Shown here: positions 1 to 9,700 of the stretch, piece by piece
Numbering within the stretch: the first letter of the stretch is position 1
Layout of the letters: every line of letters begins with the position of its first letter
NCBI GenBank assembly: GCA_965116885.1
Contig: OZ220741.1
Location: 3,328,001-3,392,000 of the forward strand
DNA: 64,000 nucleotides
Direction of reading: 5' to 3'
From: Candidatus Latescibacterota bacterium
Lineage (GTDB): Bacteria; Latescibacterota; UBA2968
Made by a program: the position numbers and the translations under genes
Notes under the pieces: generated by a model
Seen by the model: only the letters and a program-made list of their open reading frames with translations
What the model was told of the DNA's origin: nothing
Databases searched by the model: none

Positions 1-429
1 ATTGCAACCGGCTTTTTTTCTGGCTATTCGAGTTTTGCCCCGGGCACAGCCGGGTCAGGCGTGGCATTGGTGATTTATTGTCTGTTGCCACCACTGAACT
101 CGTGGGCGTGGGGGCTGCTACTGGTCGGGCTATTTTGCGCAGGGGTTTATACCTCTGGGGCATGTGAAAAAGCCTGGGGCAAAGATCCCAGATATGTGGT
201 GATTGACGAGTTTGCGGGTTTTTTTGTGACGGTAAGTCTGTTTCCGCAGTCGGTGTTGATGGGCATTGTTGGCTTTGTCGTGTTTCGCATACTGGATATT
301 ACTAAGCCACCGCCCGCTCGACAGGTCGAGGCATTGCCCGGTGGGTGGGGTATTGTGGGCGACGATGTGATTGTGGGGATTTATGGACAGATGATATTAT
401 GGCTGGCATTCTCACTTTTGCCGCTTTAG
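1..429 (+). CDS. pgpA: phosphatidylglycerophosphatase A (5' truncated by window edge)
   Basis: Frame is open from base 1 (IATGFFSG...APGTAGS); PgpA motifs DPxxVVIDE, FRxLDIxKP and GWGIVxDD. Confidence 0.9.
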   Translation: MATGFFSGYSSFAPGTAGSGVALVIYCLLPPLNSWAWGLLLVGLFCAGVYTSGACEKAWGKDPRYVVIDEFAGFFVTVSLFPQSVLMGIVGFVVFRILDITKPPPARQVEALPGGWGIVGDDVIVGIYGQMILWLAFSLLPL

Positions 430-461
430 AGATGTCCCGTTTTAGATCGCTAAATAGTTTC

Positions 462-490
462 TTGACGTATATACAAATGTTCACTATACT
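462..490 (+). promoter_or_regulatory. sigma70-type promoter of recA
   Basis: TTGACG (462-467), 17 bp, TATACT (485-490); SD-like AAGGAG before ATG 566. Confidence 0.75.
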
Positions 491-565
491 TGTTGCACAT
501 TGTGCGGTGCAGGAGACGAGAGGGGCTGCGCCGTGATCCCAAACCTTTTGTAAGGAGAGATACAG

Positions 566-1612
566 ATGGCCAAACGCAACAACATTAATGGCAAACAGCA
601 AGCAATAGACAACGCCATTGCCCAGATCGAAAAGCAATTTGGACAGGGGGCTATTATGCGCCTGGGAGGCGAAGATGGGCAACCCCTTGTAACAGAGGTT
701 ATTCCAACGGGATCTATAAGCCTGGATGTCGCATTGGGTGCTGGTGGCGTTCCCCAGGGAAGAGTGGTTGAAATATATGGCCCTGAAGGGTCGGGTAAGA
801 CGACCTTGATCTTGCACATCATTGCCGAGGCGCAAAAGCGCGGTGGGGCAGCGGCTTTTGTCGATGCAGAACACGCATTGAATGTGGAATTGGCCGAGCG
901 CCTGGGTGTGGATCTCGAAAATTTATTGATCGCTCAGCCCGATACGGGTGAAGAAGCTCTCGAAATTACGGATACTCTCGTGCGCAGTGGTGCTTTTGAG
1001 GTCGTGGCTTTAGACTCTGTGGCTGCCCTGGTGCCGCGTGCCGAACTCGAAGGTGAGATGGGTGATTCTCACATGGGTCTGCACGCCCGTCTGATGTCTC
1101 AAGCCCTGCGCAAACTCGTCGGATCAATCAGCCAGTCTAAAACCTGTGTGATCTTTGCCAATCAGATTCGCATGAAGATCGGCGTGATGTTTGGCAGTCC
1201 CGAGACGACCACTGGTGGCCGTGCGCTTCCGTTTTACGCATCGGTGCGTATAGATATTCGTCGCATTGGTTCTATTAAAGACGGGCAGGAGATCGTTGGC
1301 AATCGCGTGCGGATTCGCGTGGTGAAAAACAAGATGGCACCGCCTTTTAAGGAATGTGAAGTCGATCTGATGTTTGGGGAAGGCATTTCCAGAGAGGGCA
1401 GTTTAATCGATATGGCCGAATTGCACGGGATTGTCAAGAAAAGTGGTACCTGGTTCTCTTATGGTGATGATCGGCTTGGGCAGGGGCGGGAAAATGTCAA
1501 GCGTCATCTGAAAGAGAACGCGGATTTGTCTGCAAAAATCGAACGCGAGGTGCGCGAGATCGTGGGGCTTCCAGTCGATAAGGTGTTTGATCTCGGGGAA
1601 GACCCCGCCTGA
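566..1612 (+). CDS. recA: recombinase A
   Basis: GPEGSGKTT Walker [28 protein letters not shown]. Confidence 0.99.
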   Translation: MAKRNNINGKQQAIDNAIAQIEKQFGQGAIMRLGGEDGQPLVTEVIPTGSISLDVALGAGGVPQGRVVEIYGPEGSGKTTLILHIIAEAQKRGGAAAFVDAEHALNVELAERLGVDLENLLIAQPDTGEEALEITDTLVRSGAFEVVALDSVAALVPRAELEGEMGDSHMGLHARLMSQALRKLVGSISQSKTCVIFANQIRMKIGVMFGSPETTTGGRALPFYASVRIDIRRIGSIKDGQEIVGNRVRIRVVKNKMAPPFKECEVDLMFGEGISREGSLIDMAELHGIVKKSGTWFSYGDDRLGQGRENVKRHLKENADLSAKIEREVREIVGLPVDKVFDLGEDPA

Positions 1613-1620
1613 GTATGTTG

Positions 1621-1664
1621 TTGACATCTCAACTTTCTCTAATTTAATTCATAACGAACGTTAT
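1621..1664 (+). promoter_or_regulatory. candidate promoter plus palindromic operator upstream of the surface repeat protein
   Basis: TTGACA 1621-1626, TTTAAT 1643-1648, perfect palindrome ATAACG-AA-CGTTAT 1651-1664. Confidence 0.5.
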
Positions 1665-1754
1665 ATATGAATAAAAACTGGGAATCTTATCTAAAGTGTT
1701 GGTGATAATTCCATTTTTTTTATTTTCCCAGGCCTTCGGAGAAATTGAGAAAGG

Positions 1755-4709
1755 ATGTCACAAATGTTTTTGAATAAAGGCCTGTTGTTTATTACTGCCC
1801 TTGTGTTGCTGTTATGCGTTGGACAAGCCTCTGCTGGTCCCGTGGGCAATCAGACAGATGATACTACGCCGCCTGGGGATCTCAATGGCGATGAGATGGT
1901 TAACTTTACAGATTTTTTGTTATTTGCAAGTATGTTTGGAGCAAGTCAAGGCGATGACAGATATGATGCCCGGGCCGATTTGGACGGCGATGGTGCGATA
2001 GGTTTTGGCGATTTTTTGGTTTTTGCCGGTGCCTTTGGCACATCCGGCTCTGGCGGTGGTAGCCCTGATCTCATTGTTACAGTGCCTTCGGTGAGCGATA
2101 CTACGCTGACGCCTGGGCAGATGTTCACGCTGAATGCGACGGTACGCAATCAGGGGAATGGACAAGCCGCTGAGACGATGCTGACGTATTACAGCTCGAC
2201 CGACGCGACGATTACAACAAGTGATACAGAGGTTGGCACGGGCGCCATAGATAGTCTCAATGCTGGAAGCACGAGTGCCCAGTCGATTGACTTGAATGCG
2301 CCATCGAGTGCTGGCACGTACTATTACGGCGCCTGCGTGGCGAGCGTCAGTGGTGAGAGCAATGCGGATAACAACTGCTCAGGTGGGGTGCGTGTCACAG
2401 TCAGCGATGCTGGGGAAGGTGGTCAAGGCAGTGGTGAGACGTCCTTCGATCTGGATAGCAACAACAATCCGCAGGATATCCTCTATGCCAACAATCGATT
2501 CTACGTGCTTGATCGGGCGGGTGCAAGGGTCTATGGGTATGGGAGTGACGGTCAGCGCGATGCGGCTGGAGACTTCCGTCTGAATAGCAGTTCTCCGTCG
2601 GGTATCGCCTTTGCCAACGACCGATTTTATGTCGTTGATGACGGGGATGATAAGGCTTATGGGTATGGTAGTGACGGTCAGCGCGATGCGGCAGCAGATT
2701 TTGATCTGGGTATCAGCGATCCGAGGGGTATCGCCTTTGCCAATGACCGATTCTATGTGGTTAATGACGAGGATGATAAGGTCTATGGGTATGGGAGTGA
2801 CGGTCAGCGCGATGCGGCAGCAGATTTTGATCTGGGTATCAGCGATCCGAGGGGTATCGCCTTTGCCAATGACCGATTCTATGTGGTTAATGACGGGGAT
2901 AATAGGGTCTATGTGTACACGAGTTCTGGTCAGCGTGTCGCGGATGCAGAATTCCGTTTGTTTACCGGTGATCCGAGGGGTATCGCCTTTGCCAATGACC
3001 GATTCTATGTGGTCGATTTCTGGAATGATAAGGTCTATGGGCACGCGAGTGACGGGCGGCGTGATTCTGCTGGAGACTTCGACCTGCATAGCAACAACAC
3101 GCCACAGGGTATCACCTATGTCAACGACCGACTCTATGTGCTCGATGTGGATGATGGGAAGGTCTATGTGTACGGGAGTGATGGTCAGCGCGATGCGGCA
3201 GCAGACTTCGACCTGGTTAATAGTGATCCGTTTGGTATTACCTATGCCAACGACCGATTCTATGTGCTCGATGCCTCGGATCTAAAGGTTTATGTGTACA
3301 CGAGTTCTGGTCAGCGTGTTGAGGATGCAGACTTCGATCTGGCTGGCAACAACGATGATCCATCGGGTATCAGCTATGTCAACGAGCAATTCTATGTGCT
3401 TGATCCCACAGATGAAAAGGTTTATGTGTACACGAGTTCTGGTCAGCGCGATGCGATTGCAGACTTCAATCTGGCTAACACTTCTCCGTCGGGTCTCACC
3501 TATGCCAACAATCTGTTCTATGTGCTTGATTCCGCAGATGAAAAGGTCTATGTGTACACGAGTTCTGGGGAACGTGTTGCGGCTGCAGACTTTGATGTGG
3601 CTTTCAGTTCGCCGGTGGGTCTCATCTATGTCGGCAACCAATTCTATGTACTTGATATCGAAGGAGCAAAGGCTCATTGGTACACGAGTGCCGACCCAAG
3701 TCCTGATCTCATTGTTGTGTCGCCTTCGGTGAGCAATAACAGCCCGAGTATCGACGAGGCCTTCGGTTTGAGTGCTGTGGTTCGCAATCAGGGCGCGGGT
3801 TCTTCGGCTGCGACGACCTTGCGTTTCTATCTCTCGACTGATGATTCGATTACAACGGGTGATACAGCGATTGGCACGGCCGCCATAGGTAGTCTCAATG
3901 CGGGGGAGCCGAATGATCAGGCGATTGATTTGAATGCGCCATCGAGTGTGGGGATATACTACTACGGCGCATGTGTCCAGAGCGTCAGTGGGGAGAGCGA
4001 TACAGATAACAACTGCTCGAATGGGGTGCGTATCTCAACTGCAGACTTTGATCTGGATGGCGAGAACACGGATTTGGAAGGTCTCGCCTATGCCAACAAT
4101 CTGTTCTATGTGCTCGATTCCAGGGATGCAAAGGTTTATGCGTACACGAGTACTGGTCAGCGCGATGCGGCAGCAGACTTCGGTCTGGATGGCAACAATA
4201 ACGGTCCAGAAGATATCATTTTTGCCAACAATCGATTCTATGTGCTTGATCGGGGAAGTGTGTCTGATCGGGGGGATGAAAAGGTCTATGCGTACACGAG
4301 TACTGGTCAGCGCGATGCGGCAGCAGACTTCGATCTGGATAGCAACAACAGTACTCCGTCGAGTATGACCTATGCCAACGATCGATTCTATGTGGTTGAT
4401 TTTTTGACAGCAAAGGTCTATGCGTACACGAGTACTGGTCAGCGCGATGCGGCAGCAGACTTCGATCTGGATAGCGACAACACTGATCCGTTTGGTATTA
4501 GCTATGTCAATGACCTCTTCTATGTGGTTAATAACGCGGACGAGGCTGCACAGGTTTATGTGTACACGAGTTCTGGACAACGTGATTCGGATGCGGATTT
4601 CAATCTGCCTAACACTGATCCGTTTGGTGCTGCCTATGTCAACAACCTCTTCTATGTGGTTGATAACGGAGATAATCAGGTCTATGCGTACACGAGTTCC
4701 GGGCAATAA
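1755..4709 (+). CDS. secreted repeat protein: signal peptide, dockerin/EF-hand pair, two CARDB-like Ig domains, 15 NHL-like beta-propeller repeats
   Basis: Signal ending ASA; DLNGDEMVNFTDF and DLDGDGAIGFGDF loops; two PDLIV...VRNQG...YYYGACV...DNNCS domains; 10+5 repeats of about 42 aa (PxGIxYANxRFYVxD...KVYxYxSxGQR). Confidence 0.85.
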   Translation: MSQMFLNKGLLFITALVLLLCVGQASAGPVGNQTDDTTPPGDLNGDEMVNFTDFLLFASMFGASQGDDRYDARADLDGDGAIGFGDFLVFAGAFGTSGSGGGSPDLIVTVPSVSDTTLTPGQMFTLNATVRNQGNGQAAETMLTYYSSTDATITTSDTEVGTGAIDSLNAGSTSAQSIDLNAPSSAGTYYYGACVASVSGESNADNNCSGGVRVTVSDAGEGGQGSGETSFDLDSNNNPQDILYANNRFYVLDRAGARVYGYGSDGQRDAAGDFRLNSSSPSGIAFANDRFYVVDDGDDKAYGYGSDGQRDAAADFDLGISDPRGIAFANDRFYVVNDEDDKVYGYGSDGQRDAAADFDLGISDPRGIAFANDRFYVVNDGDNRVYVYTSSGQRVADAEFRLFTGDPRGIAFANDRFYVVDFWNDKVYGHASDGRRDSAGDFDLHSNNTPQGITYVNDRLYVLDVDDGKVYVYGSDGQRDAAADFDLVNSDPFGITYANDRFYVLDASDLKVYVYTSSGQRVEDADFDLAGNNDDPSGISYVNEQFYVLDPTDEKVYVYTSSGQRDAIADFNLANTSPSGLTYANNLFYVLDSADEKVYVYTSSGERVAAADFDVAFSSPVGLIYVGNQFYVLDIEGAKAHWYTSADPSPDLIVVSPSVSNNSPSIDEAFGLSAVVRNQGAGSSAATTLRFYLSTDDSITTGDTAIGTAAIGSLNAGEPNDQAIDLNAPSSVGIYYYGACVQSVSGESDTDNNCSNGVRISTADFDLDGENTDLEGLAYANNLFYVLDSRDAKVYAYTSTGQRDAAADFGLDGNNNGPEDIIFANNRFYVLDRGSVSDRGDEKVYAYTSTGQRDAAADFDLDSNNSTPSSMTYANDRFYVVDFLTAKVYAYTSTGQRDAAADFDLDSDNTDPFGISYVNDLFYVVNNADEAAQVYVYTSSGQRDSDADFNLPNTDPFGAAYVNNLFYVVDNGDNQVYAYTSSGQ
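2440..3690 (+). repeat. ten tandem ~126-bp coding repeats (first propeller block)
   Basis: Near-identical DNA units, e.g. gtgacggtcagcgcgatgcggcagcagattttgatctgggtatcagcgatccgaggggtatcgcc at 2671 and 2797 (period 126). Confidence 0.9.
4040..4706 (+). repeat. five tandem coding repeats (second propeller block)
   Basis: Recurrent tatgcgtacacgagtactggtcagcgcgatgcggcagcagacttc units. Confidence 0.9.
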
Positions 4710-4813
4710 CGCACGGGGCACAGGAGAAAGAAATCGCATTTTAGGCTTTGACAACAGAGTGGGTTTGCCTATTTTAATACCTGCTCTGTTGTTTTTTTTA
4801 TTGAGAAATTATC

Positions 4814-5323
4814 GTGAAATCGTCCACGTTGTTTGAGACTGATAAAGCGGTTGAAAAGGCTAAGGCGTATGTCTTGCGTTTGCTGAGCAGACGCGCTTAT
4901 ACAAAAAAAGAGATTTGCGACAAACTCGCTGGACGAGGTTACGAGCAAGGCGCGATTGAACAGACTCTCTCGATGCTCGAGCGTCTCAATTTAGTTGATG
5001 ATGTGTTGTTTGCGCGTCAATTTGTCGAGCAACGGTTGCGATTGCGGCCTTCTGGACGGATGGCACTTGTGCGCGATCTTGTGCGTCGGGGTGTTCCCGC
5101 TGAGATAATTGATCGCGTTTTGGACGATGTTTTGGCTGAGATTGACATTGAAGATGTCGCACTCGATTTGCTTATGGGCAGGGCAAATCGCTACCGGGGA
5201 TTATCGCGTGAGAAAGCTCTCGGGCGGATGTTCGGTTTTTTAGGGCGCCGGGGTTTTGAGGTTTCGGTTGCGCGAGATGTCGCTCAAAAAGTGTGGTCTA
5301 AAATAGATAATGAAGAAGGCTAA
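4814..5323 (+). CDS. recX: regulatory protein RecX
   Basis: LLSRRAYTxKE..DKL, LVDDxxFA, LxRRGV, FLGRRGF motifs; located near recA; TTGACA at 4748 suggests its own promoter. Confidence 0.9.
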   Translation: MKSSTLFETDKAVEKAKAYVLRLLSRRAYTKKEICDKLAGRGYEQGAIEQTLSMLERLNLVDDVLFARQFVEQRLRLRPSGRMALVRDLVRRGVPAEIIDRVLDDVLAEIDIEDVALDLLMGRANRYRGLSREKALGRMFGFLGRRGFEVSVARDVAQKVWSKIDNEEG

Positions 5324-5330
5324 ATAAAAG

Positions 5331-7946
5331 ATGAAGACTGCTGTGCAAATTCGCGAAGAGTTTCAGGCATTTTTTGAATCCAAAGGCCATACGCGGGTTC
5401 AAAGTGCCCCCCTATTGCCGCAAGACGATCCTACACTGTTGTTTACCAATGCGGGTATGAATCAGTTTAAGGATGTGTTTTTGGGCACCGGGCGTCGGTC
5501 TTATTCACGGGCGGTAGATACGCAGAAGTGTTTGCGGGTTTCGGGCAAACACAACGATCTGGAAGAAGTGGGATTCAGCCCCAACCATCACACGTTTTTT
5601 GAGATGTTGGGCAACTGGTCTTTTGGCGACTACTTCAAAAAAGAAGCCATAGCGTGGGCGTGGGAGCTACTCACAGATGTGTGGCAGTTGCCAAAAGATC
5701 GCATGTGGGCAACGGTGTTTGGCGGCGACGAGGCCGATGGCCTGGAGGCCGATGAGGAGGCTGAAAAGCTCTGGACGCGCGTGACGGATTTGCCCGCCAA
5801 TCGCGTGCTGCGCCTGGGCAAGGAAGATAATTTTTGGGAGATGGGGAGTACTGGTCCTTGTGGCCCGTGTTCCGAAATACATTTTTATCTCGGCGATGAC
5901 CCGGCGCAACAGGATGCCGTGCCGGATTTGGACTCTGAGGATTATGTCGAAATCTGGAATCTGGTTTTTATTCAGTACAATCGCGGTGCCGGTGGCATAT
6001 TGCAGCCTTTGCCAGATCAGCATGTGGATACGGGGATGGGATTTGAGCGGATTTGCTCTATTTTACAGGGTGTACAAACCACTTATGATACGGATGTGTT
6101 CGTGCCAATTATTGGGGCGATTAGTGAGATTACTCGAAAACCCTATAACAAAGATCATCAGGTGCCCATGCGCGTGATTGCCGATCATGTGCGTACGCTC
6201 GCTTTTGCAATCGCAGATGGGGTGCTGCCGTCCAATGAAGGGCGAGGCTATGTTTTGCGGCGGATTTTGCGCCGCGCCGCGCGGTTTGGGCGCTCGCTGG
6301 GGATGCATGAGCCGTTTATTTTTCGACTGGTAGAGACAGTTGTCCATGAAATGCGTGTTGCTTTTCCCGAGGTGGCAGAAAAACGCGATCATATTACGCG
6401 GGTGATTCGGGCTGAGGAAGAGGGATTTGGCAAAACACTGGATCGCGGGCTGGAAATTTTTGAGGCAATGCAGGCGAAAGGACATATTTCCGGTGCAGAT
6501 GCTTTTCAGTTGTACGATACGTATGGTTTTCCCATCGATTTGACGCGGTTGATGGCAGCCGAGCAAGGTATTGAGGTGGATGAGGAGGGCTTTGAAGCGC
6601 AGATGACAGAGCAACAGAAGAGGTCTCGTTTGGCGGCTTCTTTTCATATTCAAGCAGAAGTTTCAGAAGTTACACATATTCCTAAATCAAAATTTGTGGG
6701 ATACGAAACACTTGTATCCGATTCGCGCATTGTCGACGATCCTCAACCCGCACAGAATGGGATGTTGGATCTCTATCTGGATATAACGCCTTTTTATGCC
6801 GAGTCTGGCGGGCAGGTTGGGGATACGGGTGAAATTGTAGGAGAAGGTGTGCGCTTTGAGGTAGCGACTACATTTAAGGCGGGAGAAGCAATTGTTCATC
6901 GCGGTCGCCTGTGCAATGGGCAGGTTGAAGAATTGAAAGGGATGGATGTGAAGGCGCGTGTCGATGCTGAAACCCGTTTGAATACGGCGCGCAATCACAC
7001 GGCCACGCATCTGATGCATCGCGCTTTGCGGCAGGTATTGGGCGATCATGTACATCAGGCTGGCTCGTTGGTTGCCCCAGATCGGTTGCGGTTTGATTTT
7101 ACGCATTTTGAAGGTGTGACACCCGCGCAATTGGACGATATTGTGGGGATTGTAAATGACGCGGTCAGGAGAGATTGGGCTGTCGATATTTCTTTTGACT
7201 CATTTGATCGCGCTGTGGAAATGGGTGCGATGATGTTGTTTAACGAAAAATATGGCGATGAGGTGCGCATGGTAAAAGTGGGGGATTTCAGCCTGGAGTT
7301 GTGCGGTGGCACGCATGTGCAAAGCACCGGGCAAATCGGGCTGTTTCAACTCACGCAAGAGACGGGTACCGCAGCCGGCGTGCGGCGCATTGAGGCGGTT
7401 ACTGGACCTGGTGCAGAAGCCCTCGTGCGCGAACAAAAGAAAATTTTGGTCGATCTCTCATCGCAACTGAGTGCGTCAACATCGGAATTGTCTGATAAAG
7501 TCGCGCACCTGATCGCGCACAATCGCGAACTCGAGCGCGAGTTGCAGAGTTTGCGACGGGAACGGGCCGGTTCAGAGATGGATATGCTGGTGAGCAGTGC
7601 CCTGAATGTAAATGGGTTACGCGTTGTGGCTGCCGAGGTTTCGCCACCTGATATGGATGGGTTTCGCACAATGGGCGACGGTTTGCGAGATGCCCTGGGC
7701 ACAGGGGGGGTTGGTGTTATTGGTGCGAATTTAAATGGCAAGGCATCGCTTCTCGCTGTGGTGACGGACGATCTGATTGATCGGGGTGTGCAGGCTGGCA
7801 ATGTTGTCAAAGCCATTGCGCAAATCGTGGGCGGCGGTGGCGGTGGTCGCCCCCATCTGGCGCAGGCCGGTGGCAAGTTTCCCGAAAAGATCGGAGAGGC
7901 TCTGGCGCAAGTGCCTGACATCATTCGGGCGCAGGTGGGAGGGTAA
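5331..7946 (+). CDS. alaS: alanine--tRNA ligase
   Basis: LLFTNAGMNQFK, HHTFFEMLGNWSFGDYFK, editing motifs HTATH and ELCGGTH, C-terminal GGGG(R)P. Confidence 0.99.
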   Translation: MKTAVQIREEFQAFFESKGHTRVQSAPLLPQDDPTLLFTNAGMNQFKDVFLGTGRRSYSRAVDTQKCLRVSGKHNDLEEVGFSPNHHTFFEMLGNWSFGDYFKKEAIAWAWELLTDVWQLPKDRMWATVFGGDEADGLEADEEAEKLWTRVTDLPANRVLRLGKEDNFWEMGSTGPCGPCSEIHFYLGDDPAQQDAVPDLDSEDYVEIWNLVFIQYNRGAGGILQPLPDQHVDTGMGFERICSILQGVQTTYDTDVFVPIIGAISEITRKPYNKDHQVPMRVIADHVRTLAFAIADGVLPSNEGRGYVLRRILRRAARFGRSLGMHEPFIFRLVETVVHEMRVAFPEVAEKRDHITRVIRAEEEGFGKTLDRGLEIFEAMQAKGHISGADAFQLYDTYGFPIDLTRLMAAEQGIEVDEEGFEAQMTEQQKRSRLAASFHIQAEVSEVTHIPKSKFVGYETLVSDSRIVDDPQPAQNGMLDLYLDITPFYAESGGQVGDTGEIVGEGVRFEVATTFKAGEAIVHRGRLCNGQVEELKGMDVKARVDAETRLNTARNHTATHLMHRALRQVLGDHVHQAGSLVAPDRLRFDFTHFEGVTPAQLDDIVGIVNDAVRRDWAVDISFDSFDRAVEMGAMMLFNEKYGDEVRMVKVGDFSLELCGGTHVQSTGQIGLFQLTQETGTAAGVRRIEAVTGPGAEALVREQKKILVDLSSQLSASTSELSDKVAHLIAHNRELERELQSLRRERAGSEMDMLVSSALNVNGLRVVAAEVSPPDMDGFRTMGDGLRDALGTGGVGVIGANLNGKASLLAVVTDDLIDRGVQAGNVVKAIAQIVGGGGGGRPHLAQAGGKFPEKIGEALAQVPDIIRAQVGG

Positions 7947-7954
7947 GTGCCTCA

Positions 7955-8704
7955 ATGTCGATATTCGAACAGTTGGTGGCTATTCGCGATCGCCGCGGGG
8001 CGGGGTTTTTGCCCCATCTGGATCCCGACAGGCTCGACAAAAAAGATCTGGGACGCACGGCCTCTCTTTGCGAAGCGCAGGGAGCAGACGCCATTTTGAT
8101 TGGCGGCAGTTTTTTGTTATCCACCAATTTTGATCGCATGGTGAGCGAGGTTGTACGCGCTGTAGATATTCCGGTGATTATATTTCCCGGCGATACCAAC
8201 CAGATCTCAGCGGCTGCCGATGCGATTATGTTTTTGTCGCTTATCAGTGGACGCAATCCCGAATTGCTGATCGGGCAACACGTCAAGGCCGCGCCAATTT
8301 TGAAAGCACACGGATTAGAGGCCATTGCAACCGGCTACGCGCTCGTGGATACAGGGCAGCTCACCACAGCCGAATACGTGAGCAACACGCGTCCTTTGCC
8401 GCGCGACAAACCCGAGATTGCAATGGCACACGCTCTTGCCGCCGAGTATTTGGGTATGCAATGCGTGTATTTGGATGCCGGTAGCGGGCCAGAGTTGATG
8501 GTACCCGAAGAAATAGTACAGGCAGTCTGTAGTTATGTGTCAATCCCAATAATTGTTGGCGGTGGCATTCGCGATCCCAAAGCTGCGGCAAAACGAGTCG
8601 CATTGGGCGCATCTTTTGTGGTGGTTGGTAGCATTTTTGAAGAAACGGGCTGGGATGCCGCGCTGATTGGCGCGTTTGCTTCTGCCATTCACTGTCTCGA
8701 CTGA
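7955..8704 (+). CDS. geranylgeranylglyceryl phosphate (GGGP) synthase, group II (PcrB/GGGPS family)
   Basis: LDPD, ILIGGS, IIFPG, LISGRNPELLIGQH, YLDAGSG, IVGGGIR, VVVG motifs. Confidence 0.88.
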   Translation: MSIFEQLVAIRDRRGAGFLPHLDPDRLDKKDLGRTASLCEAQGADAILIGGSFLLSTNFDRMVSEVVRAVDIPVIIFPGDTNQISAAADAIMFLSLISGRNPELLIGQHVKAAPILKAHGLEAIATGYALVDTGQLTTAEYVSNTRPLPRDKPEIAMAHALAAEYLGMQCVYLDAGSGPELMVPEEIVQAVCSYVSIPIIVGGGIRDPKAAAKRVALGASFVVVGSIFEETGWDAALIGAFASAIHCLD

Positions 8705-8734
8705 GTCCATTTTTTGACAATTGGGGATGTCGTT

Positions 8735-8758
8735 ACCGTCTTTGCGGACGGTTTTTTT
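8735..8758 (+). terminator. possible intrinsic terminator
   Basis: accgtc-tttgcg-gacggt followed by a T run. Confidence 0.5.
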
Positions 8759-8774
8759 ATGTGAGCGTATTGTT

Positions 8775-9665
8775 ATGTCTATTTCATCTGGTACAGTGTT
8801 GTGTTATGGGGTACTGGGTATCGACCAAATCGTGCAAGTGGCCTGGTTTCCCGAGCGCAATGGTCACACGCGCGCGTTTCGCGACGAAGAATTTGTTGGT
8901 GGAGAAGCGACCAATACAGCGGTGACTCTGAGCGGGTTGGGGGTTGACGTGCGGTTGCTGGGGTGTGCAATAGGAGATGATCGCAGGGGTGCACTTTTCC
9001 TGCGCGCAATGCGTCAATTTAGCGTGGATATCCGCACGCTCGATATAGATCCCAGCGTTCGCACCGGGCACGCCGTTATCCTGTCTGATGTCAATGGCGG
9101 GCGGACGATTTGTGGACATTTCCCCGATGTGCGCAGTAGGCCACTAACTGAGGCGGATCTCGATGGTGTCACCCTGTTGTCAGTTGATCCCTTTTTGGGT
9201 GAAAATGCGATCCGGGCAGCTAAACTTGCGCGAGAGCATGATATAACTGTGTTTGCTATTGAACTGTCCTCCGATCACCCGCTTGCAAAATTCTGTGATG
9301 TGGTGATCAATTCTGACGGTTTTATGCGCCGACACAGAATGGGCATGCCCTCGGATGTGGCGGTTGGGCTTTTGAAGGCCGGTATAGAAACTGTGGTGAT
9401 TACCAGGGGAAAACAGGGATGTCAGGTTTTTCAGGAAAATGGCAATAGTTTTGAACAGCCCGCATACCAGGTCACTGCGCGCGATACAACGGGAGCGGGA
9501 GATGCCTTTCGAGCCGGTCTTATTTACGGGTATTTGCAGGGATGGACGCTGACGCGCAGTGTGCAATTTGCCAGCGGAAGTGCCGCACTAACATGCGCTA
9601 AAGCCGGTGGTGCAGGCCATATTCACGGGGAAGAACAGGTCTTGCAACTGATTGCCGAAGATTGA
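8775..9665 (+). CDS. PfkB/ribokinase-family carbohydrate kinase
   Basis: GGEATNTAV and DTTGAGDAF signatures; ATG 8775 preferred over TTG 8721. Confidence 0.88.
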   Translation: MSISSGTVLCYGVLGIDQIVQVAWFPERNGHTRAFRDEEFVGGEATNTAVTLSGLGVDVRLLGCAIGDDRRGALFLRAMRQFSVDIRTLDIDPSVRTGHAVILSDVNGGRTICGHFPDVRSRPLTEADLDGVTLLSVDPFLGENAIRAAKLAREHDITVFAIELSSDHPLAKFCDVVINSDGFMRRHRMGMPSDVAVGLLKAGIETVVITRGKQGCQVFQENGNSFEQPAYQVTARDTTGAGDAFRAGLIYGYLQGWTLTRSVQFASGSAALTCAKAGGAGHIHGEEQVLQLIAED

Positions 9666-9700
9666 ATTTCAAATGTTTCTGATTATGGGTGATACACACG

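Noticed and set aside
2440..4706. Tandem repeats as a CRISPR array or a diversity-generating retroelement TR/VR pair
   Set aside because: The repeats are in-frame coding units without unique spacers, differences are not obviously adenine-specific, and no cas or reverse transcriptase gene is in the window
2296..4836. Long alternative-frame and antisense ORFs over the repeat protein (e.g. 2379-3089, 2611-3285, 4035-4754)
   Set aside because: Shadows of the repetitive coding sequence; no independent motifs or start signals
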